From the human T2T-CHM13v2.0 reference genome, Homo sapiens: 64,000 nucleotides of DNA. The notes under the pieces are model-generated. The model searched no databases. It was not told the DNA's origin and saw nothing but the letters and a program-made list of their open reading frames with translations. The DNA lies in the NCBI RefSeq assembly GCF_009914755.1, contig NC_060928.1; one strand, written 5' to 3'. Position numbers and translations under genes: made by a program. Below are positions 16,266 to 32,203 of the stretch, piece after piece; the first letter of the stretch is position 1, and each line of letters opens with the position of its first letter.

Positions 16266-17279
16266 TCAAATTAAAGAAACGATGAATAGTAATTCAGATT
16301 CATAGACTTAGTAGGAAATACGTGAGCTGAATAAAGAGGTTAAAGATAATTATATGAAGTTTCCTCTTAAAAATCCAGGTGATTTGCCCTAATTGCAGTA
16401 CACATAAAAAGGGAGCAGTGACTACTTTAGGGATGGGATGATGTGGAGATGTGAGAGAACACAGACACAGATGTGGACTTCAAGATTGAATCTACAGCAA
16501 AGGAATTCAATGAAATGGGTACATCGGACATCATGTGAAATTTGGTAGGTGGAATATAAACTCAATTCAACAATATTAGTAAAAATGCCATTGCCATCAA
16601 TGGATTAAGAATATATGGCAAACTTTGCCCCCAGAAACTGTCTCAAAGCACTTCACATCATCAAAAGTGCATATAGTGATTCAATGTAATTACTTACATG
16701 AAAATGCATGCCACAGCATTAATTTGCTATGCTAAACCGATGTTGACAAACATAAACCAATTGTTAGTGGTAGTTTAGTATAAACGACTTGAAACTGTGA
16801 GGAAAATTCGAAAGCTACTTCTAATGACAGTGCCTTTCTTGAAAAGTTTTTGAATTTAGTTTTTATAAAATGGAAAGCCAGAAAAATGACAAAAGAATTT
16901 TCTAGCTATTCCTAAATGTCATGACAGAGAATAGCGTCGAGTGTTCATTAGATCACTTTTCAAGGTTTCCACAGAGTACAGAGCTGCCTGTTTAACAACT
17001 CTTATGAATATAGAAGGTAAAGGCATAGATTTTTTTGTGCGTAAAGGGGTCCATCATCTACCATTTTATTTCTTATAGACTATTTGGAAGAAGATAAATC
17101 CCCACATGAGAATTAATGAGAGTACTCTGATGTTATTGTTCGCTTATGTATTCTTTCATATCTCTGCCTATCTATTCCTTTTTTGTTGTGCAAAGTCCAT
17201 TTTTATATTTTTTAAAATGATAATATGTTGGTTTTGCCCATAGTTTCTCTATCTCGAGTTAATTGTTGAATATACTTTG

Positions 17280-17530
17280 GTGAAGAACTTCAGCTCAAGA
17301 GACTAGACAGCTCTAGGCTTTTATTCCTTTTTTGACACATAAAAGTATAATTGTAGAAGGACCACTATATCTCTTGGTTTTCTTGAGTGCTAAATTTGTA
17401 TAATATTAAGAATAATTATATATAAAAGCTTATAAATTTATTATATTAAATAGAATAACATAACAAATCTAAATGTTTTTTACAGAGGCTAGTATATGGT
17501 AAGCATTCAAAACTGTAAGCCTTCATTATA
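17280..17530 (+). mobile_element. MIR relic, highly degenerate
   Basis: gagactagacagctctagg...ctagtatatggtaagcattcaaaactgtaagc resembles MIR ends. Confidence 0.5.
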
Positions 17531-17599
17531 TTCATCATTGCAATAGCTTTATTGTAATAACTTTTCTTTCATTCAACATCATATGATTTCAGTAAAAAA

Positions 17600-18070
17600 C
17601 TTGAGTAACATAAATTCTAATGTCATTTTGTATTCTTTTTAAAGTTCTATGGAGTTCTACTTTACAGCTGAACAATAGTTTAACCATATATCCATTGAAG
17701 AATAACTGGATTGTTTCTTTTTGTTATTATAATTATAAACATCACTGTTGACATAAAACTGCATAGCAAAATATTTATATACTTTCCAGAGTATTTGCCT
17801 AATATGTAATTTCAGAAATCAGATGGCAGGAAAATTATAAACAAAATTTTGCTAAGTGCTTTCAAATTTCCCTGCATGGGGTTTGCAACTACTTATGCTT
17901 TTAGGAATGGCACTTGAGAATGTCTGATTCTGTGGTTCTTTATTATCATTTCCTCAAGATATCCAAATTTGCTTGGTAAAAAAAAATTGCATCATATTTT
18001 AAATTGTTATTGCTTTTAGTTATTGGCTTGGTTGAACATTTGCCTATATGATAATTGGCCATTTGCCATT
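17600..18070 (-). mobile_element. Old L1M (L1ME-like) ORF2 3' fragment
   Basis: Antisense L1 motifs tttaaccatatatccattga...ggattgtttc and ggttgaacatttgcctatatgataattggccatttg. Confidence 0.6.
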
Positions 18071-18837
18071 TTTTGTTTGTTTTGTGTTGGTTTTCTCTAA
18101 CTAGTAGTAGTGTAATAGGCTCTGGGGCCTGCTAAAACCCACCTGTATCTTCAATGTTCATGTAAAATTCAAGGAACCTTCACAAACCTCTCCATTTTAC
18201 TGCAGTCTTAGTCTTCATTATTATAGCTTGCTCTGAATGATTTTGCTTCTTTTTGTCTGTATCACTCAAAGTGATAAAATTACATAATCATGTACCCATT
18301 TTTATTGGTATTTACCTTGCTATTAAATGTATTGTTTTGTATGTAACTTAATTTTTACTTTTTATAGTGTCTGAAGGATACCCAGTAAGCACTTGTTAAT
18401 TGAATTATTTTTGATATGTATATGTATTTAAATTGATCTATACCATTGGCTAGAGCATTGAAAGAAATAATTATCCTCTTAAGAATAAATAGACATTTTG
18501 TCATTGCTATTATCGTGCCTGTGATTTCAGTGATGATTTATCTCATAGTATCTTCCTAAAATATATTTGTCCATTATACGTTTTTATCTGTTTTTTTGTG
18601 ACACCACATTTTTTTGTGACATGTTTAATCTGCGTTTTTGTGAGTATATTTTCAGAAATATTTGCCTAATACATAATTTCAGAAATTGGGTCATGGAAAA
18701 ATAAAAAACAGAGTTTTCTATGTGCTTTCAAATTTCCCTGAATAAAGTTTGTAACTATTTGTACTTTCCCTAATGGCACTTCCAGAGCCTCGAGTCTTAA
18801 CAATTGAGTGCTTTGCCTTCCCAAACTGTACCCGTTA

Positions 18838-19159
18838 CAGTCAAGCCCTCCACATCTGCAGGATCTGCATCTACAGATTCACCCAACCTTAGGTTAAGTG
18901 AAAAAAAGGTAGTAAGTGAAAATACAATGAAAATTATTACAAGTAAAGCAACAACACAGTATGACAACTGCTTATATTGCATTTATATTGTATTAGGTAG
19001 TATCAGTAACTAAATATGAGTTAAAGTCTGCAGAATGATATGTATAACTTACATGCAAACACTACACCATTTTATATAAGAAGGATGTGCATCTGCTGAT
19101 TTTATATCCGTGGCGGGGTCCTAGAACCAACATTCCCTATAGATACTGAGGGACAGCTG
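18838..19159 (-). mobile_element. Tc1/mariner-Tigger MITE, MER2/MER2B-like
   Basis: TA target duplication on both sides (ta|cagtc...cagctg|ta), imperfect TIRs, internal gcatttatattgtattaggt and ggggtcctagaaccaa. Confidence 0.85.
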
Positions 19160-19171
19160 TACATGTGGATT

Positions 19172-19300
19172 GTCATAATTTTACAGATAAGGAAATTTAG
19201 TCTTTGGAAATTGAATCAACTAAGTTTTCAAGTTTCCATAAGCTATAGGAACAGGATTTCAAAGCCAATCCTACCTAACTCCATAGCATGCTGTACTATC
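19172..19300 (-). mobile_element. MIR relic
   Basis: ttttacagataaggaaa core and caggatttcaaagcca...ctaactcca. Confidence 0.6.
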
Positions 19301-19698
19301 TAATTTATTTTTATATGTATTCTTTCAGCTTCAATTGAGGCTGAAAAAAACTAATGATTCAATTAATAACTGAAGCTAATATCATAATAAAGGGCTCCAT
19401 GGCTACAAATTATAACTGTGACATGGAGGACAGTAGCTTGGGAAAATATAGTTTGAGATAGTTTGTTTTTATCGATCCAGCTAACACTTTCATAAGCCAA
19501 AGGTGGTGTTGGCCAATGGAACATGAAAGACAATTGATGGTTGTTGAAGAAAATGTCAGGGAAATGAGAAATCCATACCAACTGTGACTTATTTTTTCTT
19601 CTGTTTTTAAACAGTTGCACAACAAATAAATAATGATTTTCTATCATAAAACTCTCAGAAAATAGATACTGTACAGATTTTGAAATAATAATCAACTT

Positions 19699-20080
19699 TG
19701 TATTGGTTTGCTAGTAGAGCCATACAAAATATTATATACAGTGCATTAGATGCAGAAGTTCATTTTCTCAAAATTAAGGAGCTAGATGTCCAAGAGTAAA
19801 TGCTGTCAGCAGGGTTGGTTTCTTCCAAGGCCCCTCTCCTTGGCTTCTACCTGGCCCACTTTCTTCCTGTGTCTTCATGTGGTCTTCACACTGTGTGTCT
19901 GTGTCCTAATCTCTCCCTATGAGGATACCAGTCATATTGGATTAGGACCCATCCTAGCAAACTCATTAAACTTAATTATTCCTTTGAAGATCTTATGTCC
20001 AAATGTAGTCATAATCTAAGGTACAGTGGATTAAGTTTTCAACATATGAATTTTGAGTGGATACAATTCAGACCGTAATA
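19699..20080 (-). mobile_element. MaLR solo LTR, MLT1B-like
   Basis: tgtattggtttgctag...gtcagcagggttggtttcttc...ccagtcatattggattagg...tacaattcagaccgtaata. Confidence 0.85.
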
Positions 20081-20211
20081 ATTCTGTATCTCTTTTAAGC
20101 CTATTTTTTAATATTAGATAACCACTTTCAACAGTTTGATTTTAAACCCAGGCAATCCAATTTCAGAGCCAGAAAACATGGGTACTATAAAACTTACCTT
20201 TTATGTGAAAT

Positions 20212-20234
<23 letters not shown>
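20212..20234. repeat. (CA)n microsatellite
   Basis: Direct observation. Confidence 0.9.
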
Positions 20235-20242
<8 letters not shown>

Positions 20243-22685
20243 CATATAGACACAAACACAAATATATATGCATATATAATATATTCTGTAATTGCATAAA
20301 TGTTTCAGTTAATATTGGAGAGATTATCATATTTGTGAATTTTTAAACTTCATATTTTTAAAACATTTGTAGCTTTGATATAAGAACATATAAATGCTGT
20401 GATTTGAGTATGTATAGAGTTAACTCTGATGGTCAAAATATATGCTTAATTGTTTAATAAGTGTTTAAATACATTTACAAGCAGATTTGCTATTTGGTGC
20501 CCACATAGCTTCTTTCTCTAATTGTGTATATTTTTTTAACGTTGCTTGGCTGAGTTTGGAAAAAAGTGCATAAATATTTTCTAGTACTATACTTTTTTTA
20601 ACTTTATTTTTCTAATTTTCTTCCTCAGATACTTTGCCACCACATTATCAAGGAGAGAGAAAGATTTTTGCTTCTATAAATTCTTGGCAATGATTATATA
20701 AACTAACAAAAAGTGTAAAATATCTGTTCCATCTAATGATGCTTATTTTCAGTTATATTATGTCTGATTAGAATATATCTAATCTTAATATCCTTTGAGC
20801 TCACTTACCTTTTGAGTCCAACCTTTTTTTGCCTAACCACTTTCATAATCTCATATTTTTGATGGGTCTTTTATAATAAATCAGTGTGTAGTTGAAATGC
20901 TCTGCTCTCAATTCCCTCCAAATATCTAAGCATTTATATCTTTATAGATAGTTAGATATTTGATAGATATTAGATAGATACTAGAACTTCAAATTCATTC
21001 ACCTTGCAATGTCAGCAAAAACATTACTCTTACGAAAGTCTTTGTTTTGTCTGTAATATTTATTATGATTTTTCTTATTTTTAGTATTTTTTCTTTAGGA
21101 GGATTGATTGAGGTTTTCTAAATCTGACATCCTCTTTGTTTCTTATAGATGTTTGGAAGTAGCATACTTTATGTCTTCTGGTTGTTTTTCTTAATTTTTA
21201 AGAAATTGTATATTTTTATATTTTTCTAATGGCTTATAAAATTGGTTGAAATCTCTGGCACACTACTTCTCTAGAAACGAGATTTCTAGCACATTTCCAC
21301 CCCTTCCACATCCTGCCATAATCTGATGCTAATATAGAGGACATATTTTTATGACTTTTTCTGAATAATTTAACTGGAGCTTCACAGTAATTTTATTAAA
21401 AAATATTGATGCATGGGTAATATTTTCTGGTTACATTGTTAACAACTTTTCAGGGGCATTCCACTTTTTCTTTTATTTATATCAATGTTTCAAATTGTTG
21501 GCTTTTTTCCCCTGTGGCAATTATTGATCAAAGGGGGCAAAACTTTAAGAAGTCAAGTTAATGCATTCAGAAGAGAATGTACAGTTTCACCTGGACATTT
21601 TGGGTAGTGAGAAAAAATAAGGATAATGCATCAGTAAGGAAAAGAAAGATTATTTCCATGCAGCCATAAAATTAAGGAAAGCCAAGAACATAATCAAAGC
21701 AGAGGAGGCTTAACTGTGCATGCCTTACCCTCACATCTTTTGGCAAAAAGGCTTCCTCCTATTGCATAATAAAACTGTAGTAAGAACACGTTGCTTGAAG
21801 AACACAGTGATTGGAGCAATAGACCTTATCTCCGGCCACATTACACACCAAATGGGAAAAACTATCTAGGATAAGACCCAGACATCAGTGACGTTTAACT
21901 CCTCAGTTGATCCCAGAGTGCAGCAACTTTGAGAACCATGGAAAACAGGGTACACCAGAAGATTTGGAAAAGAAATTCAAGGTTCATTTTTTTGGGGGGG
22001 AGTGGGGAGGAGCAAGAATGATAGTATGAGGGAAAAGTGTTTTTGAGTAAAGTACAAGAAAATTAACTTAATGTTGGCATGCTCTGAAAAGCGTCTTACT
22101 ACCACTGTCCTGTTGAAACTCCTCTTGAATCTGGTCAAGTGTTGTAAGCAGTATCCATGTACTCATTCATGCAAAATGTCTTGCTGGTTCAACTTTTCAT
22201 CATTATTCATCAAAAGAAGAAAACAGGCTCTGATAATTGAAATTCACTCCCCTAGGATATTCTCTACTTCACAGCAAGCTAAACAGCTTGCTTGTAGATT
22301 CTTTTTACTATTCTTTATGTCACCAACAATGGATAGTAAAAACGGGAATAATGAGATAACGTGAGTTAATAATTACTCCTAAGATGTTTATGGATGATAA
22401 AACTTTCATATTAAATTTTTGTGTTTTGGGCTCAATTTTATTTTACAGTGCTATATAATTGCACACAGATACTAAAATGCAAGATACTTTTAGTTTGTGT
22501 TATTCTTTTAATTTAAAACAATTTCAAAGTTACAGAAAGTTTTAAGTTTATACAAAGTATTTGAAACTAAGTTGCCAATTAGAGACACTATTACCTCCAA
22601 ATACATTCCTGTATTTATTCTACAAAAAAAAGAACATCCTCCTGGCTTGTCAGTATCCAAGTCAGGAACTTAAAATTAATATAAT

Positions 22686-22992
22686 TGTATTTGTCTGCTT
22701 GGGCAGCCATAACAAATTACCATAGGCTGGGTGGCTTAAATATCAGAAATGTATTTTCTCACAGTTTTGGAGCCTGAGAATCTGAAATCAGGGTATCAGT
22801 ATGATTCAGTTCTGGTGTAGGCTCTCTGTGCAGATGACCTTCTCTCTGTGTCTTCATATGGCAGTGGTGGAGGACAGAGAAACCAAGCTCTAGTGTCTCT
22901 TATTATAAGGGCACTTATTGCATTGTGAGGGCACTGCCTCCATGGCCCCATCTAAATCTACTTACCTCCCTAAAGCCTCATCTCCAAACACC
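22686..22992 (-). mobile_element. MaLR LTR, MLT1A0-like, truncated
   Basis: tgtatttgtctgcttgggcagccataacaaattaccataggctgggtggcttaaa...cttattataagggcact...catctccaaacacc. Confidence 0.85.
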
Positions 22993-24066
22993 TTGAAGTA
23001 TTTCCTTCTTCAACAATCTTTTGATTTATTCTATTTGATTATTTAAGTATAAAATTATTGTTCTTCCTTACTGAATGAATTATAACTCATAATTATTATT
23101 TATTCTGATACTCAAATTCTTCCTGATTTGATTTGGCCAGTAAATGGGCCTTTAAAAAAAGTTCTTTTTTTAATTTTATTTATTTATTTTTGCATGTTCT
23201 CATAATTCCTTTGCCCTTTCTCAACTTCTAAAATGACAGGATATTTTATATCTGAAATTAACCATTTCCAAGGACTCTTGGTTCCTTGTCGTACCACATC
23301 ATATTTACAAACAAAGATCTGTGTCTTAGTGGTGCTACTCGCCATCACGGCAATGCTGCTGCTGCTCCCAGGGTCTCTCTGTACAAAACTCAGTGTGTGT
23401 GTGTGTGTGTGTAAATATTAAGTATCACATTATTTATTCTAGTTTTATCTTTTTCCATATTTGTAACTCTCTTTTCCACCCATTAGAAGACCAATTCCCC
23501 AGTAGATAAACTATCTTCCCTCACCACAGCTGCCTCTTTCTCTGGATTGATGCTTTCTTCATCCGACTTAGGTATAAATACCATGTGCAGAGCCACTGCC
23601 ACTGTTCATAACATGGATGCCTCCCTCACCCTATTCAGACTCTGGTATTCTGCAACATTCCTCCCCAGGAACAAACTTCTCACACTGCTCTGGCTCTGAC
23701 ACCATACACTGGGTTGGTTACTGTAGTGGATGCCCTCCTTACTGCTTTCTGTCGTGCGTTGGGCCCTCTGCTTATGTAAGATCCCTCCTTGTCCCACTTA
23801 GGATCCAACACACTGGAAGAAAACACTATTTTGTGAATGTCCTTTCATATTCCCAACTCCTGTGCCACACTGTATCCTGCATATCCCCTGCATGAATATT
23901 TTTTTCAGTCCACCTGGGTTTTGATACTTCATGCTAGGCACTCAGTGGAGAATATGCTCATCCCTCTCGTACTTTGACAATTCTCAATGGGCGTTCCCTC
24001 CCTAAGGACATCCTGCACCAGGCTGACTTTTTTGAAGGGCCCTTGCTCACTTATATTAGGCTTCAA

Positions 24067-24392
24067 CACCTCACACTGAGCCCTCCCTGTGTAGATAAGG
24101 TCCTCACCACCTCACACTGAGCACACCCTTCATAGACAAGGTCCTCAACAACTCACACTGAGCTCTCCCTGAGTAGATAAGGTCCTCACCACCTCACACT
24201 GAACCCTCCCTGAGATAAGGGTCTCACAACCTCACACTGAGCCCCCCTGTGTAGATAAGGTCCTCACCACCTCACACTGAGCCCTCCCTGAGTAGATAAG
24301 GTCCTCACCACCTCACACTGAGCCCTCCCTGAGTAGATAAGGTCCTCACCACTTCACACTGAGCCCCCCCTTGAATAGATAAAGGTCCTCAC
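24067..24392. repeat. 41-bp minisatellite, 8 copies
   Basis: Consensus cacctcacactgagccctccctgagtagataaggtcctcac; copies of 38-43 bp head-to-tail, copies 6 and 7 identical. Confidence 0.95.
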
Positions 24393-24826
24393 ATTGCTCT
24401 GACTCCCACATCATGCATCAGTTTTCCCTTTCATGGACATACCATTTCTACTGGGCTTGGGTCCAATACCTCACACCTGGCAACCCTTTTACCCAGACTC
24501 CTCCTCACCTTGCCTGGACGCCACTTCAGGTGTCTGTAAAGACAATTGCTCATTTTCTTAAATGGGTTGTTTAACTTTCTAATATTGATTTATAGGATAT
24601 ACTTATACAATCTGGATATAGGCCTTTTATAAATTGTATGTACTTCTAGTATTTTCTCCAATGTGTGGCTTGCTCTTTCTTTCTTAATGATGTTGAGTTT
24701 GGGGGTTTTTGGTTTCTGTGTTTGTTATGTTTTATAATGAAAACAAGCATATAATTGGATGAAATTTCATTTATCAAGATGTTAGTTATTTTATAAACTA
24801 GCAAAGAAATACGTGCCTGACTCTAG

Positions 24827-27488
<2,662 letters not shown>

Positions 27489-27554
27489 TCGTATAGTATG
27501 CTGGCAGCAAATATTTTCAAATGGAATTTCTTAAAAAAATGAAATAAAAAAGTG

Positions 27555-27650
27555 CTCAATATCATTAGTCATAAAGCAATGCAAATTTGAACCAAGGGAG
27601 TTACTTCTACACAACTACCTGAAAAAATAAAAGACAGACAATACCACATA
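27555..27650 (+). mobile_element. Old L1M fragment hosting the L1PA insertion (continues from about 25262-25301)
   Basis: gtggccagtaagtatataagaaagtg joined to ctcaatatcattagtcataaagcaatgcaaatttgaacc rebuilds the L1 motif atggccaataagcatatgaaaagatgctcaacatcattagtcat. Confidence 0.75.
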
Positions 27651-27729
27651 TTTTAATCTTGAAGAAGTTTAAAAATTAGAATTAATTAACCAGAGTTAAT
27701 CACCTTTTCAGGGATTTCATTAACCCAGG

Positions 27730-30700
27730 TTATTTAGGTATTGTCCCATGTTTTTTCTAAAAGTTTTTATAGTTTCAACTTTGACATTTAGATCTAAATC
27801 CATCTCAAATTAATTTTTATGCATGGTATGAGGTAGGGTTCAAGTTTTTGTTAATGCAAAATTCCATTTGTTCCATAACCATTTTTTAGACAGAACTTCC
27901 TGTTCCATTGAAATTACACCAGAAACTTTGCTCAAAATTAAGCTATTCTGTAAGTGGAGGTCTATTTCTGGAATATCTGGTTCAGTCTATTGATAAATTT
28001 CTCTTTTCTTCCATGAAAACCACACTATCTTTCTTTTCCTGTCTTCTAAAGGTTGAAGGTTGTGTCTTAAATGTTTCACATATTTCCATTTTTAATATGA
28101 TTTTTTGCTCCAAGAAATGCTTTACCTAAAAGTATAATTTTAGAACTTTATGTTTAGAACTTTCTTAATCAGGTTAGTTTAGTAGTTACAGCATTTTAGT
28201 AAGTGTGGAAAACAGATAATATAAATTTTCTTATTAAAGTTTGTCCTAGGTATTTAGTAGTTTTATTATAAATTGATACTTAATTTTTATATAAATTTAT
28301 GGCTGCAAAGTTATGTTATAATTTATGAGTACAATATGGAATAATTACATCAAGTTAGTTAACATATCCATTACCTCAGACACTTAACTTTTTTTGTGGT
28401 GAGAACATTATAAATTTACTCTTATAGAAATTTTTAAATGTGCAATATTTTAACATAAATTATATTCACTCTGCTGTGCGATTAATCTAATTAAAATATA
28501 TATCGCTCATATCTAATTGAAATTTTGTGCCCTTTAACCATCACCTCTAGCCTCTCTACTGGCAATCTACTCTCTGCTCCTATGAATTAGGCTGTTTCCA
28601 TATAAATTTTAAAATCAACTCATCACAAAAAATAAGAAAAAAAATTATTTAGAGAGAAATGGCATCTTAACATAAATACATTATGGCTCCTAATTTATTT
28701 AGGTCTTTAATTCCTGTAATTATTTTTAACATTTTCAGAGTAGAGGCCTTGTTTATCTATTTATTTCTAATATTTTAGTAATTTGATGTTACTTTTTAAA
28801 AAATATTTTCATTTCTATTTGTTACCTGTATATAGAAATACAGTTGAATCTCACAACTTGCTGAAATCCCTGATTTGTAGTAGTTTACTTGTAGATTTCA
28901 TTGGGTATTTTACATAGGCAATTATGTATCCAAAAGATATTGACAATCTTACTAATTTCTTATATCTAATTGTTTCTTTATTTCATATTCTTTGTTTATT
29001 GCACTGGCTAGAAACTTCTGCATAATATGTAGTGAAATTGTGAGTAGATATCTTTATCATTTTTCTAATCTTAGGGGAAATTATTTAATATTTCACCTTG
29101 AACAATAATGTGTACTTTTTTTGTGTAGACAACCTTTATCAGATGAATAATTTGCTTTTAAGTTTGTGTGGACATGCTTTATCAGTTGAAGAATTTGCTT
29201 TCTGTTCCTATTTTCAGAGAGTCAATCACGTGCAAATGTTGAATTTTACCACATTTTTTTTCTGCTTCTATCGAGGTGATTGATTATATACTTTCTTTTA
29301 TCTGCTGAATTACACTGATGGAATTTCAAATATTATGTCAACCTTGTTGTACTGGCATAAATCCCACTTAATCTAGATGCATTATTATTTTTATATATTG
29401 CTGGATACAATTTACAATTATTTTGTGTTTATTTTCATAAGGTATAATGAAATGTATATTCATGTTTTGACCTCATCAGCTTTTGGTAACAAAGTATGTT
29501 GACCTCATAAAACAAGTTAAGAATTATCTTTCTTTCTTTCTTTATTCTTAAAAAGAGTTTTCATAAGTTTGAATGAAAGTTTATGATATTTCCCACTATT
29601 AGATAGAATTACCCTATTGAAGCCATGTAGTACTGGATTATTTTAGTGGGAATGTGTTTAATTACAGATTCAATTTTACAGATATAAGTGTCTTCAGATT
29701 TTCTATTTCTACCTGTGTTTAATTTGAAAAAAAATTATCAAATAATTTCTAATTTCCTCTAAATTTATTATCATAAAATTATTCATATCTTCCTATGTAT
29801 TCTTCTGGAGTTTTTAGGATGTATAATATCAACTTTTAGAGTCTTGATATTAATATTTTTCCCTCTTTTTTTTCCTTGTTCAGCTGTGAGCTTATCAGTT
29901 TCATTAATCTTTGCAAATACCTAGCTTTTCACTATTTTTTTTGCACTGATTTCTTCTTATACATGAATTATTTTCTTTTGCCTTCTTCTTTCGGATTAAT
30001 TTGCTCTCCTTTTCCCTTGGTTGAAGCTTGTGTCTTAAATGTTTCACATATTTTCATTTCTAATATAGTTTTTTTCTCCAAGAACTGCTTTACATAAATC
30101 AAACAAATTTATCATGCTTTTTTCTCATGATCAATAAGTTTGAATTAAAAACCAATTATTTTTGTCTTACTTTTCTTTAAAATTTGCTTCATGTCCCCAT
30201 ATAATCTATTATAATAAACTTTTTATGAACAATTAAAAATGCATTATGTCATTGATTCTAATGTTTGTAATTGTCCAGAGTTCAATTGGATTCAATGTTC
30301 AGTGTTCAATTGTTGGATAGTCTTTTTCAATTCTTCTGTATCTTTACTTCTGTTTGTACACACTTGTTAATTATTGAGAGAAGTATATGCATATCTTTCA
30401 CATTGATGAAATTTGCATAACTTATCTTTTCCTATACATTTTTAACTGATATATTTTGTAACTGTACCATTAGCTAAAGAGAAGTGTATCAATATTTTTA
30501 ATAAACTGATCCTTTTAAACTTTTCAAAAATGTTTCTGTGTATCATTTTAACATTCTACATTTCTTCAGTTTGAAATAAACTCTGCCTGATAATATAACT
30601 AAATTGAAATTTTAAAATAGTAGTAGTATTTGCATAGTATATCTCTTTTTCAAACATTTATTTTAACTCCCTCTGTTTTCTTTTATTTAAATTATCATTT

Positions 30701-31750
30701 TAAGTAGCACTTTATTGGATTGATGCTTTATTTTATAATTGAACAATCTCCATCTCTTAGTTTTTTTATATGGTTGACTTAGATTTGGTGAAATTATTCA
30801 TGTTGTTGGTTATTTATACTTTGAGACTTTATTGTTCCTTTCCTGTATTCTTTTGGATTACTCTAATATATTTATGTTTCATATTATTACTTCTATTGAC
30901 TTTCAGCAATATTTCTCATATGATTTTTGTGGATATTGTAGATTAAATATACTTTCAGAATTTATTACAGCTCAATCTATTATACCACTTCATGAACTTA
31001 AAAGAATCATTCAGTAGTTTAATTATCCATACACACCTCCTACTCTTTGTGCTATTGTGGGCATATATTTCACTTTTACATATTTTTGAACTCTATACTA
31101 CTTTTTTATTACATTTGCTTTGAACAGTCAACAGTCAAATTTAAATAAAGTTAAAGGTGATTATGCACATTTGGTCACAATTTTCTCATATTTTTTCTAA
31201 CTTTGTGGTATTATATTATTCTAATTATACACATACAGTATTATTCTAATTCAGTAAGAAGTTGCATACAAATTTATATATTTTATGTTGTTTTACATAT
31301 CTGCAATGTTTTCCTCATTTGTTTCTTTATTTTTCCTCTATGTTTTAGTTTAAATTATTAGTAGTGACCTATCTTTACATTTACTAATTTCTTCTGCAGT
31401 ATTCAGTCTGTTAAATCCATCAAAGGAAAGCTTTGTTTCAGAAAGTATAATTTTAGAACTGTGTTATTTGCTTTTAAAACTTGTTTATACTCTGCTGAAA
31501 TTCTCGTATTTTTGTCATATTTCCCTCTTTATTCTTTAACATTTGTAGAAAAAAAATTTTAAAGCAGATGTCTATTCATTCTAACATCTGCATCATTTGT
31601 GTATCTGCTTCTAGTGGCTATTTTTATTGTCTTAAATAATGTCTTGAATGAAATCTGCCTGGTTTTTCACATGTCTAATAAATTATGATGACTAATGAAC
31701 AATCCGAAGGATACTGAGTAGCACTAGAGTGGTACTAGCTTATATTAACT
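27730..31750 (-). mobile_element. Long, heavily decayed old L1M (antisense ORF2 into ORF1), fragmented
   Basis: T-rich antisense L1 motifs (tttttctaaaagtttttatagttt...atttagatct; ttgcactggctagaaacttc; tcttaggggaaa; ataaatcccactt; gacctcataaaa; ttattgagagaag). Confidence 0.75.
28280..28590 (-). mobile_element. L1MA8/9-like 3' end nested in the older L1
   Basis: tcaagttagttaacatatccattacctca...ttttttgtggtgagaaca...tgaaattttgtgccctttaacca...tctactctctgctcctatga. Confidence 0.75.
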
Positions 31751-31753
31751 GGA

Positions 31754-31779
31754 ATATATATATATATATATATATATAT
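31754..31779. repeat. (TA)n microsatellite
   Basis: Direct observation. Confidence 0.9.
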
Positions 31780-31943
31780 TTTTTTTCTGTGAGGTATTAG
31801 ACTTGCTCTAGAATAAAATTCAGGTATTAATATTTTGTTCCTGTTAATTATTGGTTTTGACTTCATTGAGGTGGGTCAATTTTAGGTATTCCCACCTTAA
31901 TTTTAGATATAGTTATAGAATGATGTTCTAAATCTGGGCATAA

Positions 31944-32203
<260 letters not shown>

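Larger units (their letters stand above)
22500..24800 (-). mobile_element. Old L1MC4/L1MC5-type 3' region, interrupted by MLT1A and a minisatellite
   Basis: Antisense L1MC-like 3' UTR motifs (aatttcaaagttacagaaagtt; ctcaaattcttcctgatttg...ttggccagt; C-rich ctcaccct...ggctctgacacc subrepeats), then ORF2-like antisense at 24545-24800. Boundaries approximate. Confidence 0.6.

Noticed and set aside
22273-22292. 8-bp inverted repeat agcaagct-aaac-agcttgct, terminator-like
   Set aside because: Short hairpins of this size are expected by chance in 64 kb, and intrinsic terminators do not apply to this context.
24067-24392. CRISPR-like appearance of the 41-bp periodic repeat
   Set aside because: Units are head-to-tail with no unique spacers, there are no cas genes, and the context is primate DNA; it is a minisatellite.
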